Origin: Dicyema japonicum
Taxonomy: Eukaryota; Animalia; Dicyemida
Assembly (NCBI GenBank): GCA_011109175.1
Contig: RDEW01000059.1
Location: 186,001 to 250,000, forward strand
Direction: 5' to 3'
DNA: 64,000 nt
Below the pieces are notes generated by a model. That model was not told the DNA's origin. It worked only from the letters and a program-made list of their open reading frames with translations, and made no database searches. Shown here one piece after another: positions 14,326 to 26,695 of the stretch (position 1 is the first letter of the stretch; every line of letters begins with the position of its first letter). A program made the translations under genes and the position numbers.

Positions 14326-15428
14326 ATGGAACCTCTTGTCTATCCAATCACGTCGACAAACAAATAAAATTTGCCAAAAAAGAATCATTTTTGCTATCTT
14401 TGATTAAAAAGGGAGACTATGAGTATTTTTTCGACCTTGGACAGCTGTATTTTGAAAATGCATATTTTAATAATTTAACGTGAATAGGAAAAGTACGAAA
14501 ATGCAAAGAACATGTTCGAGAATGGTTGCAGTCACGATCTCCAGGCCAAATACCAACTGGCCATATTCCACTGGTGTGGTCTGGACGGACAAACTGACAG
14601 AGTTTCATATAAATTGTTTATTTTTAGACCACTGGATTGGATCTAATGAAGCAAATCGCTGAATCAGACTCTTGCAAAGATTTCAAGAAAGTTCAGACAA
14701 TAAGGGCCGCCCAATACAATGTAGGACTCGCTTATCTCTATGGTGTTGGAGTGGACAGTGATCCTGAAGAAGCCATAAAGTTAAAATGATTGTAACTTAA
14801 GGTTTTTCGAAATGTCCTCTGATAAAGGATCACCTCAAGGTTGTCGCTTGGCCCAAACTACCTTGGGGTTTCTTTACTCAGACTTGAAACACGACTCCTT
14901 GAATTTGAGAAAAGCATTCGAATGCCATTCCGATGCATGCGGACAGGGCAGTCTTGAGTCACAAGGTTAAAGGTTCTCATAAAAAGGCATTCTTGGCGCC
15001 ATGTATTTGTTCGGGTTCGGCATTCCTGCAAATTTAGAAAAGGCCATGATTTGTTTGAGGGAAGCCTCCAGTCGAGGAAGCATATTTGCTAGAGGACTAC
15101 TAATAACGTGTTATTTTCAGTACGGACTCAATCAAAGTGCCATAAAGCTGGGCAAAGAGTTAAATTTGCAAATATCTTAGAATTTACAAAATACAGGAAG
15201 ATAGTCTTGCTCACTTATCCTCGGAGACTGAATGTTGTGTTCCTCTAATCAAACGAGGAATCTGTTTTGGTGCGTTCTCTATGGCCCGATATCATCAAAA
15301 ATGTGGGGATGAGTCGTTGGTCGGAAATTATTATTCAAAGGTGACCAGCATTTTCAACAAAGGCAATCAAAATGGACCCTGATTTAAGCATAATGCTTTA
15401 CAGAGCGTCACAATTCGGGTACATTTAG
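14326..15428 (+). CDS. LRP2BP: LRP2-binding protein-like Sel1-repeat protein, 6 micro-introns; start uncertain
   Basis: Manual splicing of introns 14460-14487 (GC-AG), 14602-14627, 14780-14801, 14966-14986, 15159-15180 and 15341-15362 gives ...GDYEYFFDLGQLYFEN/EKYENAK...AAQYNVGLAYLYGVGV...AFECHSDACGQGSLESQG/ILGAMYLFGFG...CLREASSRG...YYSK/AIKMDP...*, colinear with animal LRP2BP (HSEACGNGNLESQGALG, CLREAAERG). The ATG at 14326 is out of frame with the body, so the start is unresolved. Confidence 0.85.
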
Positions 15429-15483
15429 GCATAACATTCTAATTTATTAATATTTTCAAATTTGTAAGTCATAACGAAAATAA

Positions 15484-17760
15484 TTAGTTTCTGTATTTTT
15501 CAATAATTTCCATCAACGAGGCAATCTCGCTATTAACCCTACGCGCCGATTCCACCAACGAATCAATGTTGCTCTCGATCTCGCTCGACAAACCGGGACG
15601 ATCTGCGAAAATGCCAATGTTTGATACTCTTGTAGTGCGCTTCTAACTTTAACGGTAAACTTACTTTGACGCAAATGTCGAATGTCGTCTTAAACTGCTG
15701 CAGTTGGCTCTCGAGAAGGTGATTCTTTCTGAAAATCAACTTTAGCTTGTCCGTGTCAATAAATTTCATTTTTGTGTACGTCATCGACTTTACTAAATGA
15801 GTTGAGAAGACATCCTCCTCCACATTTAGAATATTCCTGCCGAATGTACTCCCCTCGTCTACAACGTGCTGTAATTTCTTACCTAAAATGGCTGTTATGT
15901 GCTTTCCGTCAAAAATTTCCACTGCTCCGGAAATTATGAAAAATATGTGGGAGACTTTTTCGTTTACTTCGAAAATTATATCTCTTGGTGCCGCGTAGTA
16001 GGTTTCGAAGCACGTGGCAATTGTTTGTAGCATTTTGAGCTCGATTTGTTGGAAAAATGAATTTTTTTCAAATATACACCGATGCATATTAAAGTATATT
16101 TCGCTTTGGAGACTTTTCGGGAGACATTTGATAATCTTTAAATCACTACTGGTGGATAACCTTTTCTGTTTTGATCCCCTTTTCGGTCGTCCACTGGGTG
16201 AGCATATATTCCTGTACTCGCACACTTAACGTCTTGGGGATCTCGTGAATAAGCAAGAACTCTTTGACATTCCTCATCATATTGTGGTATCTGGCTGTCG
16301 TCGAATATATCCTGGCGTAGATATTCGTTATATTTCCGAATATTGAGGCGTACATGAGGGCTGAAACAATAAAACTTGTGTTACATCCAATAATCATCAT
16401 GAAAATGGTGAATAACTTTTCGTTGAAGGTATTGGGGGCGATATTCCCAAATCCAATGCTGGTCATGCAAGTAATCGTGTAGTAAATGGCTGAAATGTAG
16501 GAGTTTGACCAGTCATCACTGTCTTGTATCATCAGTAACCCAAACAACCATAGTTGGTGGTCCTCTTCAATTCACTAAGCCACCCAAACGTTATGTTATT
16601 GGACATGTCAGTGACTCCAATGGAATACCAAATACAAGCGAGCCAATGAGCCACCAATATGAAGATGAATATTAATATTATCAGAATTATTCCCCCGAGC
16701 TCCATATATTGGCGCATTCTTCTCGTTAGTTTTAGTAGTCGGGCCATTTTTCCAATTTTTAAAATCGAAAATAATTGAGGGAACTAAACAATCTCAAATG
16801 ATACCTTCTGTGAGTAATTCGTCTGAATGTAGTCGATTAAGTGGTAAGGCAGAAATGATATTAAGTCAATGATAAAGTAGGTCTTTAGGTATTTGTTGCA
16901 AATCATCTTGGGGTTGGTGACTATTTTCCCGGCCTCGTTCACGTAAGTTGTTCGAAAACTGGAAACCAAGTCGATGAAGAATAAAGTATCAATGATCAGT
17001 TCGGCGATTGTGATAGTTGAGGATATTTTCATAGTAAAGGACACATAGAAGGGGACGACGACAGCAGTGTAAAATATCAAAAGTAGAATGAGTGAATCCC
17101 ACGCTAGTTTTAGCTTAGAATTATGAAATATTATGAATTTTCCGATTTTCTGTTTTTCCGACGTATATCTAGGCAATCTCTCTTCCACAAAAGTCATCTG
17201 GGCTTAGCAAAACGTTACTTTGCAATGATCGTTCATCTGTTTCTCAAACCTTGAACGTCTCAAAATGTTCTCTAATAATACAGATACTCTACTACTATTC
17301 AGTGAGTGGAGACTCTTGATTTTGTTGAAGATTATAATATATAATATTGGCACGTCATTTTCGTCAAATATGGGGGAGACTTCCAGGGAGACCAATAACT
17401 TTATTTCTATCCATGCATGATTAGTCATACCATGTTTTGCGTAAAGTGTTATGTTGATATTGCTGCTTATATTTTCTTGCAGGTTAAGCTGAATTTGTTT
17501 GATTTTTGTGCATTCCGTTTCAGGTCCGTTGATAAAGCCGCTAAATATGCTTTTTCTTATAATCTCTTCCTTGTTGTACTTGAAAAGTTGACTAAATTTG
17601 TCATTGCAGTACACAATTGGGAATCCACTCATGTTTTGATTTCCGAGAAAAAATGTGAGATCTTGAATATTATTTTCTAATATGGACAACTTTTATTGTT
17701 TATTATTTTATCCAAAAATGTGTTTTGTGGGGACCTATAACCCGTAGAATAATTGTTCAT
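15484..17760 (-). CDS. KCNH (eag): EAG-subfamily voltage-gated K+ channel (PAS + S1-S6 + C-linker/CNBHD + coiled coil), about 9 micro-introns
   Basis: N-terminus MNNYSTGYRSPQNTFLDKII (PAS-cap PQNTFL); PAS FPIVYCND; S4 FSILKIGKMARLLKLTRRM; S5 HWLACIWYSIG; pore TSIGFGNIAP; CNBHD IFFIISGAVEI...FG...MTY; last exon KRTTRVS...SLMEIIEKYRN*. Introns of 21-29 nt, e.g. 16784-16804, 16361-16384, 16136-16160, 15859-15882, 17407-17430. Confidence 0.95.
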
Positions 17761-18099
17761 TGTGGACTACTCCTTAGTAATTTTGATTATACTCAAAATA
17801 TAAGGGCTTAAATAATATTGATCACTAATTACTATAAATTTACAATGGCCATTTAACTCTTACGGATTAAATATACGTCAAGTTGTATTATTTCAATCAA
17901 TCATTATCATTTATAAATTAACTTTGATGGATCCTCATATCGACTATCTTTCACAAGATCATCTGTCTCTTGCTTTCTTCACTATCCTCCAAGTCTTAAT
18001 AAATTAAATTGTTATCCCAGCTTTGCTAGATGTACGAACTAGGTAGCTCCCAAAGATCATGCACTTTCACATTGGGATCTAGTGGCCCAGGATAAGTAG

Positions 18100-18447
18100 A
18101 GAGATCACGAACCAGGGATGATGATGTCCACATAAAGTGAATCAGATTCTGAAACGTTGATCTCTGGAGGTCAGCGGCCAGGTTGTTGTCTCCAAGGTCC
18201 CGTTTATTTACTTATTAACCTCAGGCTTACAGTCACAACTAATTAATCCAAGGAAGGAACCCAAAGGAGAACATCTACTTGTGCCGATCAAATCAATCCT
18301 CAATACTCCATTACAGACTTCCAAGAGAGGTGGAAAATAGTTCTCCTTCCATTTTCATCACACATCCTACCGTCTCAGAACTCAATTCATTCTTAGGTGG
18401 AGAGTGTTCATAATGGCAATCTTCAGCAGTGGAGTTGGTCAGGGGAA
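18100..18447 (-). mobile_element. Dispersed repeat family B copy
   Basis: TAATCCAAGG..CCAAAGGAG.ACATCT..CATTACAG.CTTCC..AGAGAGGTGG..TTGGTCAGGG is shared with 55140-55360. Confidence 0.7.
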
Positions 18448-18530
18448 TGAATACTAAACTAATTTGCTAACCCTTAAATTAAAAAAATAATTGTTAGTGG
18501 TTTAAACCAAATAAATCAATAAACCATAAT

Positions 18531-20522
18531 TTATAGTTCATTATCTATTTCAGTCGTGTTGGAATGAGTTGATTCATTTTCTAGGGAATACAAAAATTCG
18601 AATAAATTCTGTTTATCAAACTCCATCGAAAAAGTATGCATGGAATTGTCTGAATAATAAATGATGATGGGACTCGTCACCAAATACGGATAAAATGATG
18701 GATGAGGATCGTTGGTTGAAATATCCATTTCTCCAAAGGCTATCTGACTTATTTCATATTCTCTCGCAAATTTGCGGAAAATCTGCAGCGGAGCCTTTAT
18801 TGTTGGAGTGTAGGAATTATAGAAGAATAAAAGCCACTTTGTTTCGCTCATCAGAACAAACTAAAGTTAATTTTAATTTACTCTGTCGAAATTATCCCCC
18901 GTTAAAAAGTAACAGAATTCACGCCCTTCGTTTGAGTTCTTTGGCTTCTTCGATACTCTTTCCTCTTCCAGAAGTGAATTCATCAATGAAAGCCAGCAAC
19001 TTTGGTGTGTTCCAATCTTCAGTCGCTGGCATTACGTACCTTCTATTTTCTCCGTCAAGACATCCAAAGCCAAAGTCAGAGAAGTCCAATGAAACCCCAA
19101 AATTAAAAGCTCTCCGTTCGTCTTGAATCCCGGGAATACTATAACCGAATGAAATATCGGGTCTTTTCCGTGCAATATTGATAATATTTTTACGGAAATA
19201 TTCGGTTGCTAACAATAACAAATAAAATACTATCATAATTCTCCCTATTCCACGAGACCTCGAATATAAAGAGACAAAAAGGCCTTCTCCAAAACATCAA
19301 GTTTGAGTTCTTTGTTGTTACTTGTCCCACTAAAACAGGCAAATGTTTGTTGACAAATTCCTCGATAAATTCCGCCGTGAAATCACCCTAAACGTGTAAA
19401 TTTGACCGTCTAACGGAAAACGCATAATATTTAGGGGATCCTTCAATATAAGACCCACGTGGGATGAACATGATAAGACCAGGATGGCTTACTCCAAATT
19501 TTTTCTCAGTAGATAAATCATTGGTGAAACACGTGAATATCAGACCCGATTTTTGTTGCTAAATAAAAAATCAAATCAACTGAAATTGACGAATTCGTCG
19601 AAATATTTGTCCCTCTCTGTGAAATACCCCAAAATTATGAATTCGGAGAACATCAGATTGCTGGTCACCCTTTCAATATTTTCCACAAAAGGGACAAGCT
19701 CCTTTGAGGGGTTCAAATAAGCCCGAATACATTCGACAAGTTCTAGTGACTTAGATGATTAAATACCGTTATATTGCGCATATCCGTTAGGGGAACATCC
19801 ATAAAGTCGTCCTCCCACGGAAAGCCTGAAATCTGGAAAATATGTGACTCCAAATTTTTTAATGATGTTTTTTTCGACATTGTCCACTGAGACAAACTTG
19901 AGGTTAGGGTAGTTATCCCGCAATATTTCATAGGTCTTTTCGAATGAGGGCCTCGAAAGTCGACAAGGCTGGCAGCTACCAAAAACGCTATATTTCTACT
20001 TCTCCATATAAAAGTAGAAAAATATGGTCTCATAATTAGCCACAAAGTCCTCAAAGTCGGCATCCCGAAGACTGCGGATCTTATGTTGAGTATCGTTCGT
20101 CAGAATCCGGTTGACAAATCGATTAATGCCTAAAGTTGTTAGTTTCAATACTTTCTATTTCCAAAACACCCTGGAAATCGTGCTTATTCGAATATGCGTA
20201 CATTCTGAGAACTGGAAGATTTTGGAAATTTTCCCGCCGATAAAAAACCACGTCGAAAAAAACGTCGAGTTTGTAAGAGTCAACGTTCTTTATAGATTTT
20301 TGTAAATTTTCCACGAATTCCATGATTTTTCGACACTCATGTGACTCGCATCTCAAATCAGTTATAAGCAAACCTCGAAGAGTAGATCAAAACGAGAGCA
20401 GGGGATGTTAGGTCATTCAAAAACTCAGCGTTAATACTTTGCAGGACATCTCCCTGAGCTTATAGTAATTAAAAATAATTACAAAATGCGGTTAGAAGCA
20501 AAAAGGACACGAAAAAAATCAT
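18531..20522 (-). CDS. Divergent protein disulfide isomerase, PDIA4/ERp72-like domain order, multiple micro-introns
   Basis: Spliced N-terminus MIFFVSFLLLTAFSQGDVL (signal peptide; introns 20459-20482 and 20352-20373). Thioredoxin-like domains carry RCESHECR and FYMENCQPCR (intron 19976-19999) plus a KKFGVTYFP cis-Pro loop. The C-terminal thioredoxin domain ends in DNEL*, an ER-retention-like signal. Confidence 0.8.
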
Positions 20523-21594
20523 TATTGCTAAGATTTTATACGTTTATTTAGAAATTAGGGTTTCCAACCAAAATTAGCAAAATAATTCAATTATTATTAT
20601 TTTTAATACAAAAATCAAAAGTGTAAATATTTGGATGGGATTGTCAGCAATTACTGCAAACATCTTGATGCTGGAATGTCCTGCGAAAGCCTATATACAG
20701 ATTGTCACCACTAAGAAGACAGCAGAGAGTATTCTTAATGGATTTAGAGATGAAGTGGTTATTGTGGAAGACGAACACCAAGCAGAGGTGATATGGCTGC
20801 TTAAAGAGGCCGGGGTCTCCTAACTGCCTTTCCTTTAATTTGTAGGTGATTTTGATTTAAATAAACTCATGTAGACCGATCACCTAAGAACGAAGAACCG
20901 TCAACCTCTGATACCCATCGAAGAGAGGGTAGGCATTATGGAAGCAAATAAAGTTCTGTCCGTAATTATATAATAATGCTCTTACCAGACAGAACACACT
21001 TCAATTTAAGTAAATAGCAGTTATCAAAATAAATTTTATTTGATGATTGAATATTAACGAGTAAATTAACTAATTATACGGATTTTAGTCCAGATTGCTG
21101 GTAATCCCTCTTCTCTTAGAAGAAGAGTGTGCCATAAACCCCCTGTTATTCTCCATCTCCACATTAGCTTCAATCGAAATATCTCTTTTAGAGTCCAATG
21201 GGCTGTCCTCACGGCATGAATAGCATAGCAGTTATCATAATTAGGGCGATTTTTATTTTGACTTTAAAAGTTCAAAATTTTGACTTTATGACAAATTTTT
21301 CTAGAAAAATTTTTTTAAATATAAAAAACTAATAAAAACTTTATTAAAATATAGAATAATGTAATACAAAACGTTTTCAGGTTATAAATTTAGGTCTTTA
21401 GATAGTAATTTACAATAATAAAAAACACGTGGAAGGGATTTTTCAAATACCCGTTGCACGGAGAAAAAGGTTGTTTTTCAAATGTTTTATTATAATTTTT
21501 ATAAATTAGCCGCGTGGCGCCATGTGGTGCTGCGTGGTTAATCAGTTAAAGTTTTTTGCTCGCTTGTCTTTTCCTCTTCTCTCTTCCTAATAGA

Positions 21595-21832
21595 GTGGCG
21601 TCATGTGATCCACCTGTCTAGGTGACGCCCAGTGCCAGGCCGGCACGAAAAAGGATCATTTGCTCTTCCCCACTCCACTGGAGGGGTTTCCACAACTTCA
21701 TGTAATAGACGTCTTACCTTTGATGCTGATTCCGGATGGACTCTGTTTCTGTAAAAGTGGAAACTGGGTACACTTAATTAGTTGTTTATTTTAACTTCTT
21801 TCTCGGTGTATCCGGGGTTAATAAATAAATTA
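21595..21832 (+). mobile_element. SINE-like family C copy
   Basis: GGCACGAAAAAGGATCATTTGCTC...CACTTAATTAGTTG...TCTCGGTGTATCCGGGGTTAATAAATAAA. An inverted copy lies at 24900-25075. Confidence 0.75.
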
Positions 21833-21999
21833 TAATAATTACTTTTAACTAATTAATTAAAAAATTATTAACAGCAAATCTAAATTTCAGATACTTTATA
21901 ATTCAGCATAAATCGTTACTAAAATACAAATTTGTGATCTGTTAGCTCGTCTTCTACGGTGAAATAATCTTCTTCCGCCATCCTTACTAATATTGACAT

Positions 22000-23260
22000 T
22001 GCTCTGTAGTTCATTTTGATAGACTGTTTTCAAGCTTCTTTTAATTAAAATTCCATTTCCATCAAAGCTTTTAGTTATTTTGAGTTCATTAAGATTTTTA
22101 CGATAATATTCAACAACTTTTTCTTTTGGTAAGAAATGTTCCAGCTTGTGGAGGCGGAGTTTAGCATCGTCCTAATGAATTGTTTGTACAATAAGGTAAG
22201 ACACTCCCTTAACTGGCCGTCCGAGTGGACAGCTATTAGTCGGAGGATGTTTAATTTTTGTTTTGCTGGGTGGAAAGTACTTCAACGTGTTTGTTAAAAC
22301 TGAATGGCGTGTCAAACGTGACTCCGAGGTCTGTGGTTAAATTCTCTCCGGTCAGTTGTAAAATTGTTAGAGACATCCTGTTTGTCACCATCCAATAAAA
22401 GAATAATTAAAAATGTCTTTGGACATTAAAAGAGACCAATTGAATGTTTATATCCATGGATGCAATAATGAGGTCATCGGCGTAGGGAATCGTTGCATGG
22501 GTCATTGGGGTGAGGTATAGGTTGATAAGTGATGGTGAGAGAACAGATCCCTGAAGGATACCATTTTGGAGGTAGCGGAATCGGTACATATGTGAATAAA
22601 AACATGTTTGATCCTGTCTGCCGGAAAGGAAGTTTGTGAGCCAGGAGTACCAAACTTGAGGGATATTTGATGAACTGATCTTGTTTAAGAGAACCACACT
22701 AGAAATGTAGCCAAACAATTTTGTCAGGTAGATTGAGGCCAGAAGAATTCTTTCGGGGGTTTAGAATTGTTAAAACCGTCAGCAATAAACTATGTCAAGC
22801 TGGATAGAAGGGAGGTTGTCGAATGAAGGAAACACAAGCCATGTTGTGATTTGGAAAGGTTGAGGTGGCCTGAAATCTCGTTCAAGACTATTCTTTCCAA
22901 AATCTTCGATACAACTGAGATAAAAGAAATAGATATTAGGAAGAAAGGGAGGGTAATCCTTGTTGTTTTTAAGTACAGGGATATTATCGATTCTTCCATA
23001 GCATAGGAATAAAAACGAGTTGATTGGGAATTCATAAATGGTCTTGAGAGCATTGAGCCGATACGTCCCAGGTGTTTCAAGTGGAGGTGGTGGTTGGACT
23101 CTCTTGGGTTGTATTGGAATATTACTGGTCTTGCAATAATGAGTCATCAAATCGTATACCGTACGGCAAAAGTCTTTAGGTCGGCCGATTTTATCAAGAG
23201 TCACACCATGAGAAAAGCTGGAATCAGTTTATTACTGTGCTGAACATCTTTGATGAATCT
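22000..23260 (-). mobile_element. LINE reverse transcriptase relic (I/Jockey-like)
   Basis: ISFISVVSKILER..SQHG, ILQGSVLSPSLINLY, YADDL. Confidence 0.8.
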
Positions 23261-23408
23261 ACAGAATTTGTGAGGTTTTGATTTTGGGTTAAGATAGGAA
23301 ATAAATTCAGTCCATTTTTCATTCTTGATTTTTATTTAAAAATAAAAATATTTGAATTATCGAAAAATAATAATAAATTAAAAAAAGAATTAAATAATTA
23401 TTATAGTG

Positions 23409-24565
23409 ATGTTTCTCTGCTGTTTGGATTCGACTGCGCGTCAACAGAGATCCCTTAACAACGAAATAGAAAAACAGCTCAAAAAAGGAAAACAAGATGG
23501 CAGAAACGAATACAAGGTCCTCCTCCTTGGGACTGGTGAAAGCGGGAAGACGACCTTCCTCAAGCAGATGAGAATAATAAGCAATACCGTCTTCACTGAT
23601 AAGGAGAGATATGAAATCAAGGGAATAATAATGGAAAACATCATAGACTCCATCCGTAAACTACTACAGGAGTACAACAAGAGGGCCGGGGTCTTTAATG
23701 TCGCCAATTTGTCTGTATTCTTAGCACCCAATCGGGGACGTTGTCAAAGTGAATTATGATCTCAAAATGGATCACTTTAAATGCATGAATTCATTTTGGA
23801 AGGAAAGTGTGATCCAACAGATCTTCAACGAACGTGGAAAATTCCATATTTTGGACTCTTTCCAATAGTATTTGAGTCACTAAGCCTAGCTTCATGGACA
23901 ACCTGCAAAGAATCCTCAAGAAAGACTACATTCCCACGGACCAGGACATCCTTCATGCGAGGAAGGCGACGACTGGGGTACAGGAGCAACGATTCAAGAT
24001 TGGGGACGCCACATTTCGGTTAGTTTGGTGATGTAAGGAAGGCTGATGGATGTTGGAGGTCAGAGGGGTGAGAGGAAGAATTGGATCCATTGTTTTACTG
24101 CAGTGACCTCAATAATCTTCCTTGCAGCTATTTCCGAGTATGATCAGAAGTTGGCGGAATTCGAAGCAAAGGTTGATGTTGTGAAGGATTCTTAGAATAG
24201 AATGTTAGAGTCTATTGCTCTGTTCAATACAATTTTCTGCTATAAGATATTTGATGAAAAGTCCATGATCCTCTTCCTCAACAAATGCGACATCCTGGAG
24301 ATCAAGTTAAAGCTGAGCCCTATTACCGTAGTTTTCAGTGATTTTAAGGGTTGGGGTGTCTGTAACTCATGTAGGGGATGAGCATAGTATAAGTGATGCC
24401 AAAAACTACATTTTGGAGAAGTATATGTGTTTAGCAAAACAGATGGATAAAACGGTGTTCAGTCACTTTACCTCCGTGACGGACACCGAGTCAACCAAGG
24501 TGGTGTTCGAATCTGTTAAGTTTACTATACTCCAACAAAATTTGATGAGTTATTATTTTGTTTAA
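23409..24565 (+). CDS. GNAQ-like: Heterotrimeric G protein alpha subunit, Gq-class, 5 micro-introns
   Basis: Introns 23700-23724, 23868-23889, 24019-24041, 24172-24195 and 24350-24374 restore one frame. Motifs: N-terminal [45 protein letters not shown]-terminal NLMSYYFV. Confidence 0.93.
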
Positions 24566-24899
24566 TTTATCGTTTATTTAAAGAATATCTTTTCTTTATT
24601 ACTCTCATTAACGTAGACCACAGGAATTTCGAGTTTTCTAGGAAACCATGTTCTACTACTAAGGGAAAACTACCACGTGGATTAATTATTGTGTGCACAA
24701 CACGGTTAATTTAGTTAACAATATTCTCTTTATGTAAATTTTTGATTTTAAGTAGATTGTAGTTGTCGACACCTTCTTTGTAGAGTCACAGATTTTCAAC
24801 TTGTTCATCCTTCAGGTTGATGTGGTTAGGTTAATTTATTTCCCCCTCTCTCGACTGAACCCGGTGGCTAGGAATAACGTAAAAGTATAGGTTATCCGT

Positions 24900-25075
24900 T
24901 TATTATTATTAACCCCGCATACACCGAGAAATAAGTTAACAACTAATTAAGTGAATCCAGTTAAAGTCCTTCCTACGTCACATAAAAAGTCCAGAACATA
25001 AAATTACAAGTCTATTCCCGGCAGCTGTGAGAACCCTCCAGTGGGGTAGAGCAAATGATCCTTTTTCGTGCCATG
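24900..25075 (-). mobile_element. SINE-like family C copy
   Basis: Reverse complement matches 21642-21830, with a (TAA)n tail. Confidence 0.75.
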
Positions 25076-25749
25076 AAAAGGGAGAGGAACATAGGAAACA
25101 AACAGATCCTCAATCAAGTAGCACTACACGAACTTTCAAATTAAATCCCCCAGGGCAGTTAAATTGTTATGAAGGGTCATGAAATTGAGAGTAATTGTGA
25201 ATTAAAATTTATAAATTAGTTCTATTTATTCAGATTGGTTTTATTATTAATTAGTTATTTGTGACGTCATTGAATTCTTAACTTTGAATTGGAAAATTAG
25301 TAAATTTTTATTTATTGAACCAGAAAACACCGTCATAGCCATAATTAAAAAATTCAGGTGATCCTGGCCTTCCTCAGCAGTCTTCGCATGCTTGGACTTG
25401 ACAAAAGTGCCGTCCAGGGGAAACTCCTCCGATGGTTCACTTAAAGTAGCCACATAACACCACACTTACTTTGTTGTCACGTGGCATAGTTACCAAAATA
25501 TCATTAGAGATTCCATTATCACTATTCCCTTGATGGTACTGCTCTTGAAGTTAAATATCTTAAATATAATTTGGAAAGTTTGGGGGGTTAATGAAAACTG
25601 ACGAATCCCAGGAAACCGGAAAAGTAATTCTAAAAGAGCTTTTCCATCAGAAATGGCCTAAGAAATCATCGGTTCCACGTGTAGATTTTAAGCGAAGTTG
25701 ATATACCCTATGGTCGGCTCCAAAATGACTTCCAACTTCCAAATTCAGT

Positions 25750-26695
25750 GTGATCGACCACGATAAATCATTCCACGAGATATTATATTTGATGAATTAT
25801 GGAGGAGTTCATTTGGTGGTGAAATAAGCAAGCTGTAATGGAGTGTCATAATCAAAGGAGCCTAATCTCCTGGGAATTCTGAATTAGTAATATCTTAGGA
25901 ATTGGTTTTGTCACGAGACTGAGATTAATAAAAATCAAGTATTGAATGGCGAAAACCACTAATTGCACAAAATGTTTGAAAATGCACTATAAACACTTCA
26001 AAATCAATATTTGTGAGTGATATGGATGACTTGAGACAATTTTTCTCATGTTCACATCTAATCAGATTCCTCAAATTCAGAGCCGGGCGTGATTAGAATG
26101 TTAATGTATTCGGTATTAAAGGAGACTGAGTTTGACCCTTTGATGACATTATCTCAACATGTAAAGAACATTATGACAAAGGTTTCAGGAAACTGAATAT
26201 AATGAAATCGTTCTTAAAGTCCAGGCCGTATAGGAATCCGCTATCGTCTTGTACAATCAACTTTTAAAACCGACGGTTGAGTATTTCTGTGCCTCATGGG
26301 CTTATGGAGTTTCAATATCAAATTTGTACAAGATCAATTCCCTAACAGCCAAATTGGTACGTCTAACAAATCTACCTGCCGATCTTTTTCCCCAATGCTT
26401 GACCACGCCTCAATCGAAAACAACAATTCCGGTTTCATCGGTCTGTGTGGTCACGAAACAAGTCGTTTCTTGCGTTCAAGACTAGATACCTCAAATACAC
26501 GTAAATTGGGAAAAAAGCCACCCCTCTTCAAATTTTAATGAAAGGTGATCGTCGTCGATACAGGAAAGCCGTGGGTGCTCTAGAAGAACATAAGAAAAAC
26601 CTCTCGATCCTTTTGAGGTGTACCTGGATCACTTAATTAGTTGGTTTACTTTTTTCTTGGTGTTCCCTTCTCGGGGTTATTAAATAAATAATAAA
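25750..26695 (+). mobile_element. CR1/L2-like LINE 3' relic with (TAAA)n tail
   Basis: LYNQLLKPTVEYFCASW (CR1/L2 LYxxxxRPxLEYxSxxW motif). The 3' UTR CACTTAATTAGTTGG...CTCGGGGTTATTAAATAAATAA matches the family C tail. Confidence 0.65.

Noticed and set aside
14326-24565. Alternative genetic code or stop-codon read-through to explain broken ORFs
   Set aside because: Nearly all in-frame stops fall inside removable 21-29 nt GT/GC-AG introns; the standard code suffices.
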